DNA of 59,954 nucleotides, counting the filler, from Sphacelaria rigidula (Eukaryota): NCBI GenBank assembly GCA_964200075.2. It is 8 parts of 8 records of this genome, joined end to end, with 100 filler letters (N's around TTAATTAATTAA, not from the genome) between each part and the next. Parts side by side here need not be neighbours in the genome. Positions count along the whole stretch, not along the records: positions 45,043 to 52,448 come from CAXNAA020015069.1; positions 52,549 to 59,954 come from CAXNAA020015070.1; 6 more parts are not named here. One strand, given 5' to 3'. The position numbers and the translations under genes were made by a program. The stretch's first letter is position 1. Every line of letters begins with the position of its first letter. Below are positions 50,101 to 59,954 of this stretch, piece after piece. Below the pieces are notes generated by a model. That model did not search any database, had not been told where the DNA came from, and saw only the letters and a list, made by a program, of their open reading frames with translations.

Positions 50101-51077
50101 TCATGAAATACGGCTGCGTGATCAGGATGATCGCGCCCAACAAGTTCGGCGCGTTGCTGGAAGCCCACCGCGGGTTCCTGCTTAGGTGCCTCAACAAGCA
50201 TACCTCAACCCGCAGCGGTCCTGGTTACCGTATGTTGCCATGCCACGAGGTCCTCGAGTGAACTGGCTGCGAGTGCATCGAGGCTACCGTGATGAGGCGA
50301 ATCCTGCCACACGCTGCCTACGTCGTGCGCATGCACGACGAACTCCTCCCGTACATCATCATGCGTGGAGAAATGGTCGGAGGGAGGAGAACGGCAGGTT
50401 GACCTGCGAAACGCCTTCAACACAGTGTTGGAGTTACGGAGTACTGCTTTGAGTTTGGAATAGACGCGACGACGTGGACGCGGGTTCCCCAAGATGTTCC
50501 CGAATGGTACTGGATCGTAGAGGAAGCGGCTAAGGTGTATGTGACAGCCTGGACCAAGGCGCGTCATGCAAAGGAACTGTTTACTAGGTTACCGCTAGAT
50601 TCCCCACCGTGTCTGTCGAAGGCCACCGAAGCGTAACGAGTAGACCGCCCCGTTATCTACTCGCTAGTACGTCTGCCGTCTTTCTAAGAACTTTGGTGTT
50701 CTTCTATGTGGGTTATGGGTACCTGCGGATGTCGTTTGGCTCTCGCTTGATATCTATGTTAATTCCTGATAACTGTGTTTTTTTTTCTTACTTTGGTTTT
50801 CCCTTCCTTGGCAGATTTGATTTGTTTGTTTTACCACACCCCGACCTACTCGGGGGGAGGTTTTTCCTCTTCTGTTTCCTCCATGCCTCTCCTTTTGTTT
50901 CATTTTGGGTTATTTTGCTTTGTGTTCGGAGTCTCAGAAGATACAATGAGCGCTCTATCTCGTGTAAGGAATCACAGCGACAGTACTGGCAAGGCGAGCG
51001 TACGTCTGTGACCAGGGGTTCGGGAGATCGGGTAAATGCGCGGAAATAACAACAACAACTACTACTACTACTACTAC
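47110..51077 (+). mobile_element. RTE-clade LINE (APE endonuclease plus RT), near full length, decayed
   Basis: APE motifs VATWNVRT, MDANAR, RLDYILVRQ and SDHRLV; RT motifs QCGF...RSTVDM, CFIDLQDAYDSVDR, QGIR.G..IAP.LF and MLYA; long 3' UTR ending in (AAC)n(TAC)n; many frameshifts; 5' boundary approximate. Confidence 0.9.
49660..49803 (-). mobile_element. ~140-bp tRNA-like insertion interrupting the RTE RT
   Basis: Separates GIVSR from the expected continuation LTKTMAAIVEVC; minus strand has A-box-like TGGTTCAATGG and B-box-like AGTTCGGTTC. Confidence 0.5.
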
Positions 51078-52448
51078 GTATGAGAATTCTAAGCCCCTGG
51101 GAAGGTGCACATCTTGCATGCTACTGTCGCGGATTGAGAGCTAGGACCTGAACATTTGAAGATGGGGGCGAATCGATCATTTGGAGAACATAACTGGGGG
51201 AGCTGTCTGCTTTTTGCATTCCAGAGATAAGGGCGAATCTTTATTCTGAGATATAGCCAAGTGGGCTCGATTCAATACAACGACAACAACAAATACGAAC
51301 GGCTCGAGCCATCGTGTTCGGATGGTCGTTTTCCAATTCCCAAACGTTTCCTCAAACTTCGAGCTAAACATCGCCGGTGACACTGGTGTGTGTCAAGTAG
51401 TGGGACCAGCCTATAGATCGGCGCAAAAATTACCGGACAACGTGCATGCGTCCAACCCTGCATCGTGTTGACGGCGACACTCCATGCATAGCCATGCTCA
51501 TCGCGTGATCACCGTACTTGCGTATGTAGCTAGTGGACGACTCCATAATTTCCTTCGTGTGGACGACTGCATCATTTTGCACGCACCAAAAGGTGATCTA
51601 CTCGCTCCTGAGGCCAGGACTATTCTACCAGGACCCTCCCGTGATCGACAAGGCTGTAAGGTTTACTCTTACATACGACGGTCATTCCCCCCAGGTGAGA
51701 CGGCGATAGATGAGCAACTTTTGTGAGAAATGACCCTTGTATTAAAAAAAATGGTCGAATATACATCCGTCATTGACCGATGTATAATATTGGCTGAACG
51801 AGCAGTGACCGCGTAAACCCTAAGATTATACATAGTGAATATGAGTGACACACACACATGTTATTTAGCAAGCCACCAGGGTAGGTGCCGAGCCCCTTGA
51901 TAATATTGACCGCTTTGTCGCGCAGAGGGTGACTTGAACGTCGCCTCACTTCCGTAGGTGGGTAATGGCGCTTTTTACCTACACAGCAATGCTAACTTCA
52001 TCATTTGCATGGAGAACGTAAAGTGCTCTTCGGTCTCTGACCCGGCTGGTTTTGGACTTGCTTGTTGGTTGGATACTGCTGCCTATCTCATGGGCGTGTG
52101 TGATGCATGTCGAGCAGGGCTGTGATATGTCTGAAATGTGTGCTCGCTATTGTGGAATTCACAAAAATCAGGTTGTCGCTCGTTCGACGTGCGACTTAGC
52201 GACGTCATCGCGCGGACGTGATTGATCGAGGAAAAACGTCGGAAAATGAAACTCGTAGCTATAAGAGCATTGAAGCGCATCGCTGACCCCCCCCCCCCCC
52301 CCCCAAAGTCTCACCCATGAGGCAGTGTAACAGCCATGGCTGGCTCTGAAAGTGGCGATACCACAGAATAAAGCGACTGATTGTAGGCTGTTATTCAAAT
52401 GCAAGATATTCAGTAGGCGTCGGGCCGAACAATCTTAGCAGGATGCAG

Positions 52449-52548
52449 NNNNNNNNNNNNNNNNNNNNNNNNNNNNNNNNNNNNNNNNNNNNTTAATTAA
52501 TTAANNNNNNNNNNNNNNNNNNNNNNNNNNNNNNNNNNNNNNNNNNNN
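52449..52548. other. Artificial contig spacer
   Basis: N44-TTAATTAATTAA-N44. Confidence 0.99.
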
Positions 52549-52612
<64 letters not shown>

Positions 52613-52618
52613 CAACAA
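52549..52618. repeat. (AAT)n(AAC)n microsatellite
   Basis: Seen directly. Confidence 0.95.
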
Positions 52619-52729
52619 TAGAACTTAACAAATGGCATAATGCAGTGTGAATACCACCACATGGAAGGGAAAAGCTTCCCACAGGTGTCCATCGAAGAAT
52701 CACCTTTTCACATTGGAAACACCAGTGAG

Positions 52730-52785
52730 ATGAGACGTGCGCCTCATAAACAGAACGTCCCGGGTTCGAATCTCGGCTCCCACCA
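52730..52785 (+). pseudogene. tRNA-Met-like 3' half (pseudogene or SINE head)
   Basis: CTCATAA anticodon-like loop, T-arm CCGGGTTCGAATCTCGG, ends CCACCA; no 5' half or A box. Confidence 0.5.
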
Positions 52786-53696
52786 ACAGCGACGAAAGAA
52801 GAAAAGTCTCGTCAAATTTAAGCGGTCATCAGGAGAGTCCGTGAAAATGATCAGGGATCAAACAACTGGTGGTAGACCTTCGAAGCAGAGTTCAGTCTCA
52901 GGGGAACTTTTCTCTGTGGAGATTATTTGATTGAGGACCGAACACACGGACAAGAATTGTGAAGAGAGGTGTATCCTCACCGCTAGCCGGCTAAAATGGT
53001 TACACCTACAAATCATCTTCTCTTTACAAGAACTCATGAAGAGGGTTACCAAAAGAGGGTGTATGCATGATTATGCATGCCATAGTCATGATATCGTTGA
53101 CCTCGCATCCCTACAATGCTGGGACAGAGCACGCCGGGTTTCGGCGGACCAGGCTCGCACTCAATCATCAAGCGTGAAGCGCCGCGATGTGTTCGGCAAG
53201 TGGCATAAGCCGCATCCTGCCAAGATTACTTCGCCTGAAACGTGCGAATTATCTTGCACATGGATGACAGCCTCCAGTGAGTTGCTTCATTTTCTGGCAT
53301 CGCCACTCCCAGGGACAGTCACGGCTTACACCACCTCATGGGTGTCTGACCACTTCAAAGCTGCATAGTATAATCATCCCCTTTGCACGGAGGTGAGGGC
53401 CTCCATCCCGCACTATACGACCTAGCTTGACCACCATCACAGCTACCGCAACAAATCACACGCGGAAAAATGTGGTAACCTGGTTGTCTAGCTTACGCAG
53501 TAAGTGGCATGTTTTACAGGCTCATGAAAGGGGAGCGGGGTGATGTGATGTGGGTACCATCAACATAGAAGGGACGGATTCCCACAAGTGTCAGTCGAGG
53601 GATCACCTTTTCACAATATTAATAATAGCGATAACAGCAACGAGAACGAGAACGAAGATGACCGTGTGCGAAAAATTAAAAGTAATCATAAAAAAG

Positions 53697-53775
53697 CAGG
53701 GACGGTATTGGAAAGACGAGCTCACGTCTGTCACCACGGGTTCGAGAGATCGGACTAATGTGCGGAAATAATAAT
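53697..53775 (+). mobile_element. RTE-family 3' end fragment with (AAT) tail
   Basis: Colinear with 50975-51050. Confidence 0.8.
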
Positions 53776-53860
53776 GAATAATAAAAAACAAGTGATGAAA
53801 AAGATAATGGGAATAACAAAACTATTTGATAATAATTATGGTCATAGTCATAATCATACC

Positions 53861-54222
53861 GGCCGCCTCGGTGGCTCAGTTGGTAACTCCAAATCTCCTG
53901 ACGGTTCGGTCGGGGGTTCGAATCTCGGTACAGAAACGACCTGGGGTTTTTTCTGACACAGTGCCCAATAGTGGAGAGCAACTATGTCGCGGGTACACAA
54001 AATTCGACTTCACGGTCAACGAGGGAGACGGTCCGCTGAACCCTTTTCGCGATAAAATGACGGCAGGCACCGCAGAAAGAAGGTGGAGTATCGAAACAAA
54101 ATAAAAAATAAAACAAAAGCTCTTGTGCTGGCCTTCCTCCTTTGTGACACCGGCTGGTGCGCCCACATGTATCTAAAGGTCTTGACTGGCGTCCAGAATA
54201 GACGGGATGACAGCACCCAACC
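53861..54222 (+). mobile_element. tRNA-derived SINE, copy 2
   Basis: A box TGGCTCAGTTGG, B box GGTTCGAATC; colinear with 21541-21890; flanked by CATAATCAT / CATTATCAT. Confidence 0.85.
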
Positions 54223-54559
54223 ATTATCATGATTATAGAACATGGAAGCACGAGCAATGAACACCACTTTGGAAACGTGTTGGACGTTGCCGACAGTTCC
54301 ACTTCTGCTGTCTCCTCCCACGAGATACAACACCGAATCTTCACTAGTAAACAACTCGGTCTGAGGCAGCTAACCGTACCGCAGCACGCGCTAACACCTG
54401 CATGCTTCTCGGAACAAAACTGTCATTTTTCAAATGGAGTAACTCAACCTGCGTTTCCTTGTCTCTATTGGGTAAAAATTGGTGAAAAGCTGGCAATCAT
54501 TTGGTTCTTTTGATGGGCTCCACCAGTTCCACGGTCAGCTGCCGCCGCAAACGGGTTAC

Positions 54560-54617
54560 CTGTGCAAGCTCGTTGATGCTGGAATAGCGAAGGATCTCGG
54601 CCAGCTCGTCCCTGGAC
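54560..54617 (-). CDS. Internal exon of an unknown gene
   Basis: tgcag|(R)SRDELAEILRYSSINELAQ|gtaacc; phase-2 start matches the end of exon 55732-56003. Confidence 0.55.
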
Positions 54618-55731
54618 CTGCAGTCAACGCGCTTTGTAGAACTGCAGGGTGAAAAAACAGCAACGCAACATAGACAGTAACCGACCACCAGGTCAAAGAA
54701 GGCAAGCAACAAGCGAAATCGACCGGCACCGTTGTATGTTTTTTACAGGATACATCCTCTTTACATTGCCCGATGACCAAACATTAGATATTGCTCGTTG
54801 GTTGCTCGCTATTTGTTTTCCCCCATGTATCTGGTAATATTGTACCGCGTACGCCCATGTTTCACTGCACCGACCAACACCTGCTCGCCTCGCATGTCAT
54901 GTGTCATGCTTACATAGAACGTGGCCCAATATGACTGCTTAGAGGCCAGCCAAAGTAGATGGAGGTTAGTCAGCCCTGTGGGCTTGGGTTGAGATGCCCA
55001 GCCCGTGTCTCTCAGTTCTCTCCCTCTCCCACATATTGCAGGGTGAAGCTCGACGCCTTGTCTCTCAAAAAAGGAACTCGACCTCTCGTCTGTTCGCTGT
55101 AGATTCGTGAGTTGACCACTCTCTATAGCGTAGAACGTTCATCACATTGTTTTTCGTTGAACAACGGAAGATATACATATGTGCATATCTACAAGTAGGA
55201 CCAAGATAAGCAAATAACGACTGGTCCAAGAGACAAGGGGAAATATGCAAACGCTGCAGGATACTGAATCAAAAAGCATTCACACGCGGCAGGACGGTAA
55301 ACGCGCGATTCACTGTTTTGGCGGAGAGAAGATCAAGGAACAATGGGATACACGATCGAAATCAACTTATCATGAACCGGGCAACACACCCACAGAGAGA
55401 CGACAGCGAGGAAACCACGGGTCATACACACTAGACGGGCACTGCAAGAGAGGGGGGCACGCACGCGGAACACCCGCACACGCACAAGACAGGGCGTACA
55501 CAGAAAATAACGCAAAAGCAACACTGGAACGCACAAAACGTTGATTCCGCTCCACACTAGCGCCGCCCCAACTCTCATATCCATGAAGAAAAACGCGCAC
55601 AGAGACCAAGCGATGAACGTACGCATCGCTTACTACTACAGGCGCTTCAAGCTCCATGAATATACATGTAAAAAATAAAACACACAACACAGTGTGACAG
55701 GAGATGAAGAATGGACATGAATTCAGCGTAC

Positions 55732-56003
55732 CTTGTAGGCGTCCCCACGTTCATATCCAGCGAAAACTGTTGCCGAACGCCTCGTGACGACGGGGCAGGG
55801 GATGGCTCCAAATCATCCCCGCCCTCCTCGGCCAGCTTCGTCGCCCTTCCCTGCGCCCTCGCCGGCGCAGACGCAAAGTTTCCGAACCCGAGATACGTGC
55901 CCGATTTGGACAGAGCGTCCCCTGCGGTTTGGGTAATTCCACGTCTTCCACGTTTTTGCGGGGTGACAGCTGGAGACACCGGAGCTGTTGACGCGGGGGA
56001 TAT
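55732..56003 (-). CDS. Internal exon of an unknown gene
   Basis: tttttccag|ISPASTAP...DMNVGTPT(R)|gtacgc; 272 nt open. Confidence 0.55.
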
Positions 56004-56029
56004 CTGGAAAAAGGCGTGGCAGTGCGTGG

Positions 56030-56460
56030 GGAGGGGGGTGGGGGGGTGGGGGGGGGGGGCGTACCCATTTGTTGCTTGCCCTAGTCGTTTGTCCATTGAC
56101 CACGCGCCTCTATCAAAACGGAGCGTCGCTCCCACTCCTTTAGAGACACCTCCAACATTTGGGAGTCCATGGCGTTTCTTCCATGCATTGCACAAAAAAC
56201 TTTTACGTATATTTTTCCCTTCCCGCTTCGCAGTCTGTAGCCACCACCTACCTCCCAGCATAGCGACCATTCCCTCGCAACAACCGAATGTACCAAACGA
56301 TTTTTTCATGTCAAATTCGTTTCGTTCCCACATTTCCCCCTCAAACACGTCCCGCCACCCCGTGTATACTTCACATTCTCCGACATAATGAGTTATACTC
56401 TGCATTTCTTCGCCACAGGGGCAATTTATTCTGCGCATATACTTTTTTCTCCCTTGCATG
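56030..56460 (-). mobile_element. C-tail LINE, longer 3' fragment with C-terminal zinc-knuckle-like region (copy 5)
   Basis: CPCGEEMQSITHYVGECEVY (CCHC-like LINE C-terminus), then the shared 3' core ending GGTACG and a long C-rich tract. Confidence 0.85.
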
Positions 56461-59400
56461 AGGATGAGGGAGGGGCATGAATTCGTGATTTTTATTCATA
56501 ACGAGGAGATCAGCTGCATACCACATGGTGTACCGGATTGTTCGCCTACAGAAAGGATGCAAGCTGCCACCTCAGCGCTTCTGCTGCATACTGGCCAAGA
56601 GTGACGTATCACAGTGTTACGCCGGGGAACTTTTTTTTTTTTATTGGAGTATTTTAAACGCATCCGCGAAAAACGGTGAAAAACGGTGGATAATGGCAAA
56701 TGTCCTGATTTCACAAGAATCGTCCGCACCAGCTGTGCATGCAGCAGCGGCCTAGACAGCATCGCCCAGGCGGAAGCAGCATGCCGGCATGGAGGATTAA
56801 GATATGTTGGTATATAGATGGGCAAAATCTCTTGCAGATTGCAATGACGAAAGTGCTCTATGCCGGAAGTTATAGCAGAAACCGTCCTGCCCAGGGTGAA
56901 CACCACCCCCCCCTGTGAAACCTGACCTCCGGTATTATGGGAGAGCACTGCGCTCGCGTAACACCACCGGCAGAGACACAGAGGACGGTTTGAGCATCTG
57001 CACAGAGCAGCAGTTCCAGTGCAAAAGGATTTACTGAAATCCATTCATGTAGCAGATGAAACGAGTTGACTAAAGTTTGAAAAGTTTTTATTTTGCTCCG
57101 CACCAGCATATGGGTGCTGCAGAGAGGCCCCTTTCCGTTGTACAAGCTGTTCATCCCAGTACAGTATAGCCCCGCGCAGTACAATACCATGCACCCCAGC
57201 GCAGCACAGTACATCACAACGCATGCAACGAAGTGCAGTGCAGTATACGGTATTGTACAGTCTGTGTAGTGTTATGTTCGGGCATGAACTGCGCCGGCTG
57301 GCGGAAGAAACACCGTATACAGTACTACTATAATACGTGATACGTAAATGGCGGCCGTGACCATGCATCAAGATTCACGACGTTGGGACATGCGGCCCTG
57401 GGAAATGTGTAATTCGGGGGATTGTGTGCTCGATGGAAAAGAGGTACCACACGCCCCTGGTGCCCTTTCAGGCGCGACGATCGCACGTTGAAAACGTGCA
57501 CCCGGGTTCCAACGACCACCAACGTGGAGGAAGATCAACGGAGTGTACAGAGCGCGGCAGGTGTCGAGAAATTCTTATCTAGAGCGAGGCTCGGCGTCTT
57601 CTTTTCTCTCCGAATCCAGCAGAGATGCTGGAATACATTTTTTTTTCGACGAGGTGCAAAACGCCGAATGCTTCACTTTGAAGTTCTTATTTTGCGCAGG
57701 CATAGGAGTAGCGGGCATCCAAGGTACTCCCCTACTCTCATCCTCTGCCAAAAGGGGCTGCAGGATCAGTACTGTACCGTGCGCTAGCAGTAAGCAAGCA
57801 GTACGTGAACCATTCTTGTTTCTTCAGACAAAATCGGAACAAAAACAGTACAGTATTATACAAGTTTGGTACAATTATCATTATCCATGGGGTGTCCCAG
57901 TAGAGATCAGTCATGTCTGCCAGTTTAACAGAGGAGTTAGCTTCGCTGGGGGGCTAATGTAGCCATGGCGGTTGTAAAGGCAGGTTCTTATTTATCCTGA
58001 GGTGCAGTTAATTATTGTATATTTTAACCTGCCGACCCCCTTGCACGTTCCGACTTCTTATTCTTATCTTCCCCTTGAGTACACCACGAATACTTACCAG
58101 TAAATTCCTGAATTCAAAAAAAAAAAACGAGCCTGAAATTATTACCTACTTCCTCTCGGCCATTAGATAAGCTCACTTTCAGGTTTTGGGGTATAACTCC
58201 TGCCTATCTTCGACTTTGTTGAAAGTTTTTTTTGCTGCACTCGTAGAGTTTTGGAGAAGAGCTCAAAAGCGAGGTCTTTGCTGAGTCCCCAGAAGATATT
58301 CACCTACACTCACGGCAACCAGAGGGTGTCGGTCGCGCAGAACGAAAATCCACTGGCTGACAGCCTTCCCATCAATTTTTGGAAAAACGATTCTGCTAAT
58401 GTTTTCATAGGCGTTTCGGGGAATCTCCCGAAACCGTTGTTTTGAAAATCGGGCCACCACAGCCTTATTTGAGCACCTCCGAATTCGGGGTATAATTACC
58501 CATCTCGGGGGGGGGGGGGCAATATCATGTTTTCCCCGGGCCTCCAAGGTTACTTTTTTCTCATAAACGTTCTCAATCACTTTAAAACACACAACGTGGG
58601 TCTGAACATCGACAATGAAGGTTCTTTGCGCCCGCCGTATCACACATTGGCGCAAAAGTTTTGCGAAAACCCGTGTCCTCCTGCGAAAAGGTCCATTAGA
58701 TGAGCTCACTTCGCGCTGTTTTCACGCCGGGGACGATAACTCGTCATCCCCGTATCATTTTTTTTTCAATGTGATGCCAGCCATATGTGGAACATATGTT
58801 GGCGGTTGGACGGTCAAACACATATGTTTGGCTGAGTTATCGCGATACAACCAAGTGAGCTTATCTTATGGTCTTTTGAAAGTGAGCTTATCTAATGGCC
58901 GAGAGGAGGTATGAAATTTCCAACATCGGTCGCTCCTGTAATCGTACATAAATTTCGAGTTGGGAAGTTGGAGGTTACAACAATACGATGCGATGATCGG
59001 ATGCGGCGACCATGACAGATGATGATGCAGCAAGGAAAACTCCGTTGTCGGTGGACCACGCAGCACGAGAACCGTAATGTTGGAGGTACCTGGAATCAAA
59101 GGCATTGGTGTGCAATCCTAGCCCACCCACCTCCCGGTTTATTTGCTGATCGTAGGTGCGGAAGATCCCCAAGACTCACACTTGGGATGCTACGTCTGGA
59201 GCACTTCTCAGACGCCAGTCGGGGCAGTCCGGACGTGAGATGCGGCACCGCAATCGATCTCGAGGTGAGAGCACCACAACGCACTTGATGCAGGAATACC
59301 GCGGGAAGAGAAGAGTAAGTGCTGAAGATCGTGGGCACCTGATTACATTATACTCGTTCCTGCTTATGATTGTGGGTGTTGAACGGAATTGAGTATGCAT

Positions 59401-59954
59401 ACATTTCGGATTGCCATCCTGCCCCATGAACCCGCGACTCCTACGCTCGCAAAAGAAAAGCCCACACGGCTAACACGTTGTGCCCATCTCTCGTTATTCC
59501 GTATCCTCCGGAAAGGTTGTGAAGTGCCTGCACCATTCCCAGCGCTATCCCGTCTCACATGTATCACATCCGCGGTTGACAGCGGATCTCGATCAGCACA
59601 CTCCGAACGTACAGCGCCGGTGGGAAATCTGAGGGACATTGCCGGGGGTCCCGCCGGCGAAGTGGGCACAGTGCGAGAGCGGTTGAGCCCCCCATCACAT
59701 GGAAAAGAGACGATGACTGTACTGTTCTCTGCCTCGGAGGCGTCAATAGCGTCTACCGATGGCGCATCAGTAGAAAATCAGGTGTCGGCGGAAGGGTGCA
59801 ACAACCGTCCAAGGGTCGGACACATAATGAATCGACTCATGAAGAATCAATGCCTAGGCTTTATTTCAGCGTTGCAACCCAGGTACACGCAGCCCAGACA
59901 CATGAAATGGCGCAAAATTTGCCTGCTTCCCCTTGGACCAGCGATCAACTTTTT

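Noticed and set aside
53861-53935. Functional tRNA gene
   Set aside because: A and B boxes are present, but there is no proper cloverleaf and it continues into a repeated SINE body.

Overview
This window is not one locus. It is eight eukaryotic contigs of almost identical length (7408, 7407 x4, 7406 x3 bp) joined by 100-bp artificial spacers (N44-TTAATTAATTAA-N44), so adjacency across spacers has no biological meaning. Long GT-AG introns, microsatellite richness and the repeat families suggest a brown alga (Phaeophyceae; inference). Contig 1 holds a decayed Ty1/Copia element with a second LTR element and a TIR element nested in it. Contig 2 holds four exons of a mitochondrial 2-oxoglutarate/malate-type carrier with MITEs in its introns. 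Contig 3 holds a 3.8-kb degenerate higher-order repeat array (~84/~125-bp units) and a tRNA-derived SINE. Contig 4 holds a multi-exon, intron-containing piggyBac-type transposase gene carrying a frameshift and a catalytic D->N change. Contig 5 is mostly repeats plus one candidate exon. Contig 6 holds the first two exons of a GPKOW/Spp2/MOS2 G-patch gene, with a Harbinger-type MITE nested in a foldback element in its intron, and a divergent candidate small membrane-protein gene. Contig 7 holds a near full-length decayed RTE LINE. Contig 8 holds SINEs, LINE ends and two exons of an unknown gene. The most unusual signals are the spliced piggyBac gene, a LINE family whose copies end in oligo-C within C-rich targets, and the higher-order repeat array.
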